The notes under the pieces: generated by a model
What the model was told of the DNA's origin: nothing
Seen by the model: only the letters and a program-made list of their open reading frames with translations
Databases searched by the model: none
Program-made: the position numbers and the translations under genes
Part shown: positions 20,090 to 29,292 of the stretch, piece by piece
How the letters are laid out: each line of letters opens with the position of its first letter
Position numbering within the stretch: position 1 is the stretch's first letter
Source of the DNA: Thermoanaerobaculia bacterium
GTDB taxonomy: Bacteria > Acidobacteriota > Thermoanaerobaculia > Gp7-AA8
DNA length: 64,000 nt
NCBI GenBank assembly: GCA_963715895.1
Contig: OY970284.1
Location: 4,899,892-4,963,891 of the forward strand
Direction of reading: 5' to 3'

Positions 20090-23000
20090 CTACTGCTTCT
20101 TGTTGTCGTCGTTCGACGGCGGCGCCGGGAGGTTGCCATCCACCGTCTTCTCCTTGGGCGCTTCGATCGTGGCGCTCGGGCGTAGCGGGTCTTTGAAGCG
20201 CGTATCGGTACTGGTCGTGATCTTCCGCGATACCTTCGTCGGTGCGGTGACCTTCTCGATCGATACGGCGGCGTATCCGCCGTTCGGGGAGACGGCCACG
20301 ATGCGCGTGATCGCGGGCATCGCGGTCTTGTTCGCGGGGATCGACCAGCGTCCGCCGGTACCGACGGTGGCTGTGCCGATCTTGGTGCCCGGCTCGTCCG
20401 AATCGTTGCTCTTTGCGTAATAGACGTCGACGGTCGAGGCCAGCGTACCGTTCTTCGCGTCGCTCCCTTCGCCGAGGTAGACGCCAGTCGTGCCGTGGAT
20501 GTAGAGCGCTCCGTTGTAATACCTCGGCGAACAACTCACCGTGTCCTTACCAGGATCGCCGACGCGGACCAATCCCCAGAGGCCGCTCGTGAACATGAAG
20601 CTGCCCGGAATCGTCCGGTAGATGTAATCGCCGGTCACCTTCGTCTTGCCACCGGCACTGGCCTGCACGATGTCGTACGAACTGTTCACCCCGTAGGCAT
20701 CACGGGAGCCGATGTGCTGCGACATCGGGTTCTCGGCAGAGGTGTCGCCGACGATCGACGTCGAGTCGTGGGAATACGGCTCCTCCTGCCAGACGTGGCC
20801 ATGCAGCGTCAGAATCTGCTGATCGCCGCTGCCGCGCGGGTGCGTGAGCCGCATCCGGAACGGCTTGCCGGCCGCGGCGAAGAAGACCGGCGTCTGCGGA
20901 TCGCCGCCGACCTGGCTGTTGGAGAGCACGCGGAAATTGTCGAAGTCGACCGGATTGATGGTGTTGTTCAACCGGTAGCCGACCGGCTCCGCCTTGTAGT
21001 TGAGCATGACCTGGGCGGTGCGGTCGTCAGAACCGCCGCCGGTGGAGTTGTTCGTCTTGCAGGGATTGGATGTACACGGCGGCCAGACCACGCCGATATC
21101 GTCCTGCGTGACGAGCACGAACTCGCGGAAGAGGAAGGGGCCAGGATTCTTGCAGTCTCCGCCGCCGTAGACATTCGCCGAGGCGTAGGTGTGCGTGGCG
21201 TACGGACCACTGCCCGGGTTCATGACGTCGGGACAGGCCACCGCGTTCTTCGGCTCGATGACGAGACCGCCGACCAGACCGTGGTTGTCCTGCTCGAGCG
21301 GGTCGGCGGGAATGAGGTTGGCGGAGCCGAATTCCACCGGCTCGCCGGAGATCTTTCCGTTCTCGTCGATCGACGTCCTACCGGCGTACCACCAGTAGGT
21401 ACGCGAGGCGCCGGCGCTGATGGTCTGGGAGGGATTGAAGCCGACGTTGATGCCGGCGTTCTTCATGGCGTCGAAGGCCAGGAGCGTCGGCGTGAGACTG
21501 GCCTGCGTCGACGCTGTCAGAGTGATCTGCGGCTGGAACAGCGGCTTCGATGAGGCACCGGCGGAGTTGAAGACGTTCGCCGTCGTCTTGAAGTTGTTGT
21601 ACAGCGTCACGCCGACACACTCGCCGGCGTTGGCGCGAAGAATCAGAGGTTCGGTCGCGTAGGGATTGTCCTTCATCACGTACTGCAGCGGGAACTTGTT
21701 GACGATCGGATTGGCGTCGCCGGTCATGCCGGAGCCACGCGAATTGATCACGATCTGCGTGGGGCTGGTGGCATTGACGTAGTACCTGCGCTCCGGTGCG
21801 TTGGGTGGGCAGCTATAACCCTTCTCGGCGTTCGCCGGTGGCGGCACCGGCTTGATGACCGGATTGGTTGCCGTCGTTACGAGGTCTGCGCGGTTGCCTT
21901 TGTAGGCGCGCATGATGCCCCACATCCCGTCGATGATCCCGTGCGCCGCGTTCGCGTAGTCGGGTGTGTAGAGGTAGTCGGTAGCGTTATGCGCATAGTC
22001 GGTGGACGGGCTGGCACGAGGAACCCGGAAAAGGAACTCGTAGTGCTCGGAGATGCCGATGGCCTGGTTGTTCCGGAAGCCGGAGCTGCCGTGATCGTCT
22101 CCGTTGGCCGGCTCGAAGAGCCAGTTCGTACCGAAGATGGCGAAGTCGTGCGGCAGCATGTGCGCGCCGGCGATGAGGCGTACCTGGACGTTGTCTCCCT
22201 CGTACGCGCGCAACAGCGGCGTAAAGGGGTCGCCCGGCTGCATGTCGGCCGTGAGCGGCTTCTTGGGGAAGATGAATCCCTGCGTGTGATTCGGACAGAT
22301 CAGCGAGCCGGGAGTGGGCTGTTGATTGATGGCCGGATCAGCGCGCGTAATGTTCGAAAGGAAGACGTGGGCCGGGTCTTTGGCCCCGGAGCCCGGCGCG
22401 ATGAATGGCGCCGTACCGCACTGCGCATCGTTGGTATAGAGGTTGGCGTTCGTCTGGCCGACCAGGCGGAACGGCAGCGGTTCGTTGCGGTAGTTGAAGG
22501 AGAGCGTCCCGTTCGTCGGGCCGGCGCTGATGAGCTGCGGCATGCCGAACGACGGCTGCTCGATCACGTTCGGATCGGTCCATCCTGAATTCTGGGAATT
22601 GGGGTTGTACGGCGGCGAGCTGGCCGTGGTGCGCGAGCCGGCGGCATAGGCGAGCTGGAAATCCTGCAGCCCGATGGCGAACTCACGGAAGTTCCACTGC
22701 GGCGTATCGGGCTTGCCCTTTGTGCTGATGACCGCGTTCCAACTGGTGGGCCCGCCGTCCGTGCGGGTATGCATCGGGGCGCCGGTCTCCCCCTGTCTCC
22801 AGGTGGAGTGCTCGGGCTCGACGAGAAGGGCGGCATAGAGGCCGGCCTGTTGATGCGTCGAGGGGCTGAAGTGATCGTGCGTGAAAACGCTGCGGATGGT
22901 ACGGTCGTCACCCTTATTGTCGATGAGCGGGTCGGCGAACCAGCGCTGCACGGTCGTCTGCGCGCCTGTCCAATCCGGCTGGCAGTTGGAGCCGGTGCAA

Positions 23001-25759
23001 ATTTCCGCAGGCGGCGGTTCGGCCGTCAGCGTCAGCCGCGCCGGGCCGCCGGAATTGCACTTGTTGATCGTGGACCCATCGGCGGCAAGGCCTCCGCACT
23101 TGTTGATTCCGTTGATGCGGCTCACAACTTCCTCGGGGCTGAACGTGCCGTCTTCGTAGTTCCATCCGTTGCCGGCGCCATCCGATGAGGTTACGTCGAA
23201 CTTCACCAGATGAATGTGCTGTCCGATGACGTCGGTCGGCGTGCGCACCTGGAAGTTGTCGAGGTTGTAGATCTTCGGCACGAGGTTGGTGTGCCAGTAC
23301 TCCACTCCCTGCCCGGAGTTGGCGCGGAAGAAGAACGGCTCGGGCGGACGGTCGCCGCTGACTGTCGGCACCACGTCCTGCCAGAGCGTCAGCAGACGTG
23401 ACTGCGGGTAGTGCCACCCCTTCTTGTTGAAGACGAAGTCGGTCTGAACAACCGCCGCCTTGTAACGGATCCAGTCCTTCGGATCGATCGGCTGGCATTG
23501 GTCCGCGGGAGGAGGAGGATTGTCGGGATTCCAGGGAACCAGACCGGGGTCGGCGTACGGTGCGCCCGAGGCGGGCGGAAGCCCGTTCGTCCTGTAGCCT
23601 GGCTTGGCCGGGGCGCCGTCAGGGAAGAACGACGGGTGGAAACAGACCGAGTGGTACTTCATGGCCACCTTCTCGGACGGCGTCCCATCCTCCGGCAGCC
23701 GGTAGGCGTTGATGAAGTCCATCTCCTTGGTGAAGTCGAAGGCGGTGTGATGCTCCGTTACCTTGGCGTTGAGGATGATGTGCCGGAACAGACCGCCGTT
23801 GAGCTCTTTCCCCCCTTCGTTGGCGAAATCGAGCGGCGGATGCGGCGAGCGCGCGCCGGCCACCCCGGGGATGAAGAACGGGTAGCCGGGATTGACGTTC
23901 GGATCGGAATCGGCGCGGTAGCCGATGGGAGACGATCCGCCGTTCGGATCGGGGACGGCCACGATCTTGACCCAGCCGGGCATCGGCGGCATGGCAATCG
24001 CCGGCATCGGGATGAGCCCCGGAATCGGTGACCCCTCCGGGATCTCCGGATCGGGAAGTGCACGCGCTCCCGCCACGGGGATCCCGTTCCCATCGAGCTC
24101 CGTCCCTGCCTCGTAGACGTCATGCGTGCGCCAGAGGCTCCACATGCCGGCCGCGAAGTGCGGATAGAAATGACAGTGGAAGATCGAGTCGCCGACGGTC
24201 TTGTTGCGGTTGCCGCCGCCGTTGTAGTCGATCTCCAGCGTGTAGGCGCTGCCCGGGCTGATCAACTGGCTGTCGAGGTAGGTGCTGGTGTCGTTGTTCG
24301 GCGAGTGGATCCACTGGTGGGCGTGCTGATGATGCACGTGCGAAACGCCGGTGCCGGCGTGAATGATGCGGAACTTGACCCGGTCGTTGATGTAGCTGTG
24401 GTAGACGTTCGAGGGGTCGTCGGGATAGAGCGTCTTGTGTGCCTTGCGGTAGGGCGTGACGCCGGCAGGCGCATTACCGACCACTCCCACGACGCATGGG
24501 ACGGGAGCGAGCGTCTGGTTGTTGAGGCTCGACTTGCCCGCCGTTACATCACCCTGGTTCGTGACGCCGGCGCAAGGCACGTTGGCCGGCACGTCGACAA
24601 CCATGGCCGGATCGCCGACGGTCCAGGCGCTGAGGAAGAACTCTTCGAAGGCGCAGTCGGCGCAGCTTCCCATCGGACCGACGCCGAGGCGGTTTCCGAG
24701 AATCTCGGCGCCGATGGCGCCCGTGCCGTAGTTGATGGCAAAGGCATCGCCGCCGGCCTGCAGCGTCCGCGAGCCGAGGGTCGACTTCGGCTGCCCTGAC
24801 TTAACGTTCTTGCCGAAGATCGGAAAGGCCTGCACGGCGTCGGAGAGCTCGTGGTATTCGATGGTGAACTCACGGTAGGGCTGGAGGCGGTCCGGCTCGG
24901 CCGGGTTCTTGAAGAACTGCGGTTGCCCGTCGTCTTTGAAGAGATAGCCGTTTTTCGGATCGCCGGTGATGATGGCGGTCAGGTCGGTATAGATGATCTC
25001 GTTGTTGTCATCGAGCATCCGAAGGACCGGCACGCCGCCCGACTTCGCTTCGTAGTCGATCTTCGGCTGGTTGAGCGGTGTAACGCCCGGCGAGGCCGCG
25101 GACAGCTCCTTGGCCGTGACCTGGCTGCGGTACCAGAACGAGCCCCTCGGCTGCACGTTCACGGCGCCGAAAAGGCCGGCGGTCTGCTGCGCGCCATCGT
25201 CGGGAAGGTTCTCGCCGGCCGTGACCGCGCCCATGGTGTTGGCGAGGTATGGCCCTTCCTTCGTGGCGCGGATCACATACGTCTTCGTGTTGCCGGGGGC
25301 GACGGCCGGAGCGAGGGCGTTTGGGTTCGCACCGACGAACGAGCCGTCGTCGTTGATCGACCCCACCAACTCCATGCCGGCGGCATGGAATGAGGCCTGC
25401 CGGGTGGCTGGCTGGGTCGTCCCCGGCACCGGCGTGTTCAGCAGAAGGTTGGTGAACGTGATGGCCAGGCAGTCGCCGACATTGGCGCGCAGCACCATCG
25501 GCCGCGGGCGTTTGTCGGGCCGAAGCACGGCGTTGCCCGGGCCGAGCGGCTTGGTCGTGTCGGACGGGACAACGTCACGCTTGAGCGCGAACATCATCCC
25601 CTCAGCCATGGCCGCCCCGAGGCGGTTGATGAAGTAAGGCTGATCGATCGCCACCACGTCCGCTTTGATGACGCGGTCACAACCGGAGTACTGCGCTTCC
25701 GCCGAAACGGCTGCGAAGATCGACAGGGCGATGAGCACGAACAGGATTGGACGCCGCAT
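20090..25759 (-). CDS. mnxG: Giant secreted multicopper oxidase, MnxG-like (putative Mn(II) oxidase type)
   Basis: 1889 aa, signal peptide, repeated cupredoxin starts (VLRANVGD, FFRANSGQ, LRAYEGD, ILRANAGE); copper motifs SFHAAG, HVHHQHAHQW, FHCHFYPHFAAGM, QHIHLV, THDHF..STHQ, LHGHVW. Confidence 0.85.
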   Translation of the reverse strand: MRRPILFVLIALSIFAAVSAEAQYSGCDRVIKADVVAIDQPYFINRLGAAMAEGMMFALKRDVVPSDTTKPLGPGNAVLRPDKRPRPMVLRANVGDCLAITFTNLLLNTPVPGTTQPATRQASFHAAGMELVGSINDDGSFVGANPNALAPAVAPGNTKTYVIRATKEGPYLANTMGAVTAGENLPDDGAQQTAGLFGAVNVQPRGSFWYRSQVTAKELSAASPGVTPLNQPKIDYEAKSGGVPVLRMLDDNNEIIYTDLTAIITGDPKNGYLFKDDGQPQFFKNPAEPDRLQPYREFTIEYHELSDAVQAFPIFGKNVKSGQPKSTLGSRTLQAGGDAFAINYGTGAIGAEILGNRLGVGPMGSCADCAFEEFFLSAWTVGDPAMVVDVPANVPCAGVTNQGDVTAGKSSLNNQTLAPVPCVVGVVGNAPAGVTPYRKAHKTLYPDDPSNVYHSYINDRVKFRIIHAGTGVSHVHHQHAHQWIHSPNNDTSTYLDSQLISPGSAYTLEIDYNGGGNRNKTVGDSIFHCHFYPHFAAGMWSLWRTHDVYEAGTELDGNGIPVAGARALPDPEIPEGSPIPGLIPMPAIAMPPMPGWVKIVAVPDPNGGSSPIGYRADSDPNVNPGYPFFIPGVAGARSPHPPLDFANEGGKELNGGLFRHIILNAKVTEHHTAFDFTKEMDFINAYRLPEDGTPSEKVAMKYHSVCFHPSFFPDGAPAKPGYRTNGLPPASGAPYADPGLVPWNPDNPPPPADQCQPIDPKDWIRYKAAVVQTDFVFNKKGWHYPQSRLLTLWQDVVPTVSGDRPPEPFFFRANSGQGVEYWHTNLVPKIYNLDNFQVRTPTDVIGQHIHLVKFDVTSSDGAGNGWNYEDGTFSPEEVVSRINGINKCGGLAADGSTINKCNSGGPARLTLTAEPPPAEICTGSNCQPDWTGAQTTVQRWFADPLIDNKGDDRTIRSVFTHDHFSPSTHQQAGLYAALLVEPEHSTWRQGETGAPMHTRTDGGPTSWNAVISTKGKPDTPQWNFREFAIGLQDFQLAYAAGSRTTASSPPYNPNSQNSGWTDPNVIEQPSFGMPQLISAGPTNGTLSFNYRNEPLPFRLVGQTNANLYTNDAQCGTAPFIAPGSGAKDPAHVFLSNITRADPAINQQPTPGSLICPNHTQGFIFPKKPLTADMQPGDPFTPLLRAYEGDNVQVRLIAGAHMLPHDFAIFGTNWLFEPANGDDHGSSGFRNNQAIGISEHYEFLFRVPRASPSTDYAHNATDYLYTPDYANAAHGIIDGMWGIMRAYKGNRADLVTTATNPVIKPVPPPANAEKGYSCPPNAPERRYYVNATSPTQIVINSRGSGMTGDANPIVNKFPLQYVMKDNPYATEPLILRANAGECVGVTLYNNFKTTANVFNSAGASSKPLFQPQITLTASTQASLTPTLLAFDAMKNAGINVGFNPSQTISAGASRTYWWYAGRTSIDENGKISGEPVEFGSANLIPADPLEQDNHGLVGGLVIEPKNAVACPDVMNPGSGPYATHTYASANVYGGGDCKNPGPFLFREFVLVTQDDIGVVWPPCTSNPCKTNNSTGGGSDDRTAQVMLNYKAEPVGYRLNNTINPVDFDNFRVLSNSQVGGDPQTPVFFAAAGKPFRMRLTHPRGSGDQQILTLHGHVWQEEPYSHDSTSIVGDTSAENPMSQHIGSRDAYGVNSSYDIVQASAGGKTKVTGDYIYRTIPGSFMFTSGLWGLVRVGDPGKDTVSCSPRYYNGALYIHGTTGVYLGEGSDAKNGTLASTVDVYYAKSNDSDEPGTKIGTATVGTGGRWSIPANKTAMPAITRIVAVSPNGGYAAVSIEKVTAPTKVSRKITTSTDTRFKDPLRPSATIEAPKEKTVDGNLPAPPSNDDNKKQ

Positions 25760-25840
25760 GGAACCTCCTCATCTGCCAGATGACAGTGGAACTCTCATGA
25801 CATCAGTGAACGAATCTCGGATATAAGTCAGATATAAGAA

Positions 25841-25867
25841 AGACGCCCGGCCAGGCCTGGTTGTGAA
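25841..25867 (-). promoter_or_regulatory. ECF-type promoter motif, copy 2 (mnxG-like gene)
   Basis: Minus strand reads TTCACA-accaggcctggccggg-CGTCT. Confidence 0.75.
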
Positions 25868-25873
25868 CAAACC

Positions 25874-25900
25874 TTCACAAGTGGCTCCCCCCGGGCGTCT
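25874..25900 (+). promoter_or_regulatory. ECF-type promoter motif, copy 3 (GT2 gene)
   Basis: TTCACA-agtggctccccccggg-CGTCT, back-to-back with copy 2, 13 bp before ATG 25914. Confidence 0.75.
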
Positions 25901-25913
25901 ACCGAGGCGGCTG

Positions 25914-26687
25914 ATGTTTCATGTCATCGTCAATTGCGGCTTCTGCGAGAGGGAGATCGCCCGCTGCATCGACTCCCTGAAAATGCAGACCCACCGCGAA
26001 TGGAAAGCCTGGGTGAACGTCGACCGCAACGGCGACGACACCTGCCGCAATGCCGTGACCGCGGCGGCGGGCGATCCCCGCTTCGACATTTCCCGCAACG
26101 AACGCCGGCTCTATCCGATGGAGAACATCCTGCGCACCATCGCCCGCAGCGGCGCCGGCCCCGAGGACGTGATCGTCATCGTCGACGGAGACGACTGGCT
26201 GATCACCGAGCGCGCCTTCGCTGTCATCGCCGAGACCTACGTGCGTTCGGACTGCTGGCTCACCTACGGAAGCTGGATCAGCGACGATCCCCGCTCCCCC
26301 GGACGCTGGCCGGCCTACGAAGAGGGAACCACCGACTTCCGTTCAGCCCCCTGGCTGGGAACGGCCGTCCGAACCTGGAAGCGCTGGCTGTTCGACCGGA
26401 TCGACGACGCCGACTTCCGCGATGAGCGCGGCCGCTATCTGCGCCTGACCGAGGATGTCGGCTGCATGTTTCCGATGCTGGAGATGGCCACCACCGCCCG
26501 CGCACGGCACATCGCCGAGCCGCTCCTTTTCTACAACCGTTCCAGCGATCACGATTCCGGGCGTTCCCTCGCCGACGAGGGACGCCGCAATACGGTCTAC
26601 CTCCGGGGGCGTCTGCCATACGCGCCGCTCGCGGAGAAGCCGCCTTTCCGTTCACAGACGGCCCTCCACAGCCGTCTTTCCACATAG
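25914..26687 (+). CDS. Glycosyltransferase family 2
   Basis: IARCIDSLKMQT..EW, IVIVDGDDW (DxD), TEDVG.MFPMLE, IAEPLLFYN. Confidence 0.85.
   Translation: MFHVIVNCGFCEREIARCIDSLKMQTHREWKAWVNVDRNGDDTCRNAVTAAAGDPRFDISRNERRLYPMENILRTIARSGAGPEDVIVIVDGDDWLITERAFAVIAETYVRSDCWLTYGSWISDDPRSPGRWPAYEEGTTDFRSAPWLGTAVRTWKRWLFDRIDDADFRDERGRYLRLTEDVGCMFPMLEMATTARARHIAEPLLFYNRSSDHDSGRSLADEGRRNTVYLRGRLPYAPLAEKPPFRSQTALHSRLST
26651..26677 (+). promoter_or_regulatory. ECF-type promoter motif, copy 4 (dedicated to the Lys-repeat peptide gene; inside the GT2 3' end)
   Basis: TTCACA-gacggccctccacagc-CGTCT, 42 bp before ATG 26720. Confidence 0.7.
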
Positions 26688-26719
26688 GGGTGTGCCGCGA
26701 CGCACGCCGGAGGTCTGCT

Positions 26720-27046
26720 ATGGACAAATGGAACATTGGTTATGAGGGCGACAACATCCACATCGTCATTCCGCGCCAGCACGCTTCCGATCTTCTCTAT
26801 GCGCTGACGCTCGGCCTTGGAGGCAACACGCTCGCGCCGGTCAAGCCCGGGAACGGAAACGGCGGGAACGGCGGAGGCGCCGCCACGCCCGCCTCCGGCG
26901 CGTCGCCCGCAACCGGCAAGGCCGGCGGCAAAGAGGGGACGAAGGGCGGAAGCAAGAGCGGTGGAAAGAGCGGCGGCAAAGGTGGCGGAAAGACCGGCGC
27001 CAAGACCGCGGCCAAGACCGCCAAGCTACCCGTAGTCAAGAAGTGA
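26720..27046 (+). CDS. Small Gly/Lys-repeat protein, candidate precursor or scaffold peptide (108 aa)
   Basis: RBS GGAGG; N-terminal MDKWNIGYEGDNIHIVIPRQHASDLLYALTLGLGG; tail KAGG-KEGT-KGGS-KSGG-KSGG-KGGG-KTGA-KTAA-KTAK. Confidence 0.8.
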   Translation: MDKWNIGYEGDNIHIVIPRQHASDLLYALTLGLGGNTLAPVKPGNGNGGNGGGAATPASGASPATGKAGGKEGTKGGSKSGGKSGGKGGGKTGAKTAAKTAKLPVVKK

Positions 27047-27055
27047 TCTCTGCCG

Positions 27056-29143
27056 ATGGAGCGCCTGGCGAAAGCACCGCTCCTCGGCGAGCCGCTCGCT
27101 GCCGTCGTTCGCCGCTGGCTCGGCGATAGCCCCTGGTCGCTGGCGCTGGCCGACGAGTTCCTCGGCACGAGCGGCTACAGCCGGCCGTTTGCGCAGTCGC
27201 TGGCGGCGCTCTCGCGCAATCGCGCCGAGAGCTGGCCGATGCGGAGAGCCGCCGCGCTGATGCTCGAGCACCAATTGCTCCGCATCGACGAACGCGCGAA
27301 CCGCGAACAGCTCTTCTGGCTCGATGAGTTGCACGTTCCCTCGGGTGACGAGCTGCGCGTCGAGGGTTACCGCTCGACATCACGCCGCGATGTGGCTGGC
27401 GAGCTGCGGATGCGGCTGGGGCGGCTGGCGCGCGTTCACGATGGCATTCGCGGTCATGACACAACGCCGGAAGCGCTCGGCGACTTTCTCAGCGTCGCCG
27501 CCCGCGACTGCCGCATCATCGCCGGCCGCTATCTATGGAATCCCGATGACGTCGTGGCCGAGATCGAGCGTCAGATCCGCCGCTCGCGCGGGATCCCCGC
27601 CGATGCGAAATACGTTCACCCCGACACCGACAAGGAGATTCTTCACCAGATCGAGCGCCTGCCGCTCATGGAGCGCGAGATCGTTCTCCGACTGATGCAA
27701 GGCTCCATGATCCGCTGGGTCGACGCCGCCACGCCCAGCGAGATCAATTCGCTCGTCGAATATCCACTCGGCTCAGTGGTGCTGGTCATCAAACCGCCCG
27801 GCAGCGACCTCGAGATCGAGATCAAGCGCGCCGGCGTCCGCGGCCCCCGCCCGTTCGACATCAAGATCTGGCGCGATGGCAAGCGCGTGCCGCGATCACA
27901 CCACCTGCAGGGCGGCTCGATGACGCATCTCCTGTCGTGGGAGTCATGCCAGTCGGGGTTCTTCTCCCGCTTCTACCGGCTGGTCCACGGCCAGGAGGCG
28001 TCGATGTCGCGGACCCTGCAGATCGCCAATGTCTTCGGCATCCCGTCGCGGGTTGGCGAGCTGACGACGGTGGAGTACTTCACGCGGCCGGATGTCTTCG
28101 ATCGGGAGTATCGAAAAGTCCACGCCGACCTTCATTTCATCAGCGACATCCTTTCGATGAAGGATCCGCGTGCGCCGGTCAAGCGCACCTCCGTACCGAA
28201 GAACGCCGTGGAGACGGCCGTCCGGCTACTCGGCGTGACCCGTCCCGCCCAGGCCGTGCAGGTCGGCAACTCGGCGTTCCGCCTCGACAAGCTCGCCCAC
28301 TACCTCGACGCCGGAGGTCCCGCGGAGTACTTCGGCGGCCTGGGGCGCGACTACACGCCGGACGATGCCCGCCGTTTCGCCGACGAACTGCTCGATGAAG
28401 TGCTCTGCGTCTATCAACCGCCGGACGCCCCCTATCGCACGCAACGGCAATACGTCGCTGCGGCGCTGCGCGTGCCGGCCAACCGCCAGCGCGCGCGGCA
28501 GAACTTCCTCGCCGTCGCCGGGCAGATCGGCCGCTTCTGGGGAACGCTCTACGCCGCCGGCGGTCACACGGACGGCGAGTCCTTCGTCGGCCGCAACACC
28601 GGCCTGCGCACGGTATGGGAGAACGGCGCCTGGCGCATCCGCATCACCTTCATGGACCACGACGGGATGACGCTCATCGGCCAGAATCTGGCCTGGTTCC
28701 ATCCCCGCGGCACCCTGGCCGATCAACGCGGCGATCACCACTTCATCTTCGGCCGCAACACCCGCGCCGTGCGGATGAAGGGAGCGCTCGGCTTCCTCCA
28801 GATGATCTACCGAACCGGCGAAGCCGGCCGGAAAGAGGGAGTGGTCACCCTCAAACGAGCGATGAAAGAGGCCTTCGACCGGACGCGCGAGTCCCTTCGC
28901 ACCGACCCCGAGGTACGCGAGCGATTCAACACATCATTCATCGACAGGCTCGAGTTCTGGCACGAGATGGTGAGCGGGTACCTTCAGACGAATAAGTCCC
29001 GCGCTGCCCGCGCGCGCTGGCGGCGTAAGACCGAGGAGACGATGCGCGCCCTCGCCTACCCGGACGATCTGTGGCAGGAGCACTTCTCGACGTTGCGGCG
29101 GAGATCACGGCTATTGAACAGCCTGGGGTTTTTGTACAGGTGA
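27056..29143 (+). CDS. Uncharacterised 695-aa enzyme with protein-kinase-like / IucA-IucC-like motifs
   Basis: Long Arg-rich ORF with genome-typical codons; LEIEIKRAG (beta3-Lys-like), DGESFVGRNTGL (catalytic-loop-like), ITFMDHDGM (metal-binding loop-like). The fold call is inference. Confidence 0.6.
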   Translation: MERLAKAPLLGEPLAAVVRRWLGDSPWSLALADEFLGTSGYSRPFAQSLAALSRNRAESWPMRRAAALMLEHQLLRIDERANREQLFWLDELHVPSGDELRVEGYRSTSRRDVAGELRMRLGRLARVHDGIRGHDTTPEALGDFLSVAARDCRIIAGRYLWNPDDVVAEIERQIRRSRGIPADAKYVHPDTDKEILHQIERLPLMEREIVLRLMQGSMIRWVDAATPSEINSLVEYPLGSVVLVIKPPGSDLEIEIKRAGVRGPRPFDIKIWRDGKRVPRSHHLQGGSMTHLLSWESCQSGFFSRFYRLVHGQEASMSRTLQIANVFGIPSRVGELTTVEYFTRPDVFDREYRKVHADLHFISDILSMKDPRAPVKRTSVPKNAVETAVRLLGVTRPAQAVQVGNSAFRLDKLAHYLDAGGPAEYFGGLGRDYTPDDARRFADELLDEVLCVYQPPDAPYRTQRQYVAAALRVPANRQRARQNFLAVAGQIGRFWGTLYAAGGHTDGESFVGRNTGLRTVWENGAWRIRITFMDHDGMTLIGQNLAWFHPRGTLADQRGDHHFIFGRNTRAVRMKGALGFLQMIYRTGEAGRKEGVVTLKRAMKEAFDRTRESLRTDPEVRERFNTSFIDRLEFWHEMVSGYLQTNKSRAARARWRRKTEETMRALAYPDDLWQEHFSTLRRRSRLLNSLGFLYR

Positions 29144-29292
29144 CAAGATGGTCAGTCTCCTCAAGAAGTACACGAATCCAGATCGTCTCGCAGGCCAGAT
29201 GCATCTGCTGCGCGTCAGCAGCGAGCTCGACGCATTGCCGCGCCAAGAACGCGCTGTGTGCATCGACGACGGCAATGTCCAAAGACCGGAGA

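Noticed and set aside
25820-25838. GATATAAG direct repeat at 11-bp spacing in the mnxG-like leader
   Set aside because: Only two copies and no cognate regulator identifiable; too weak to call
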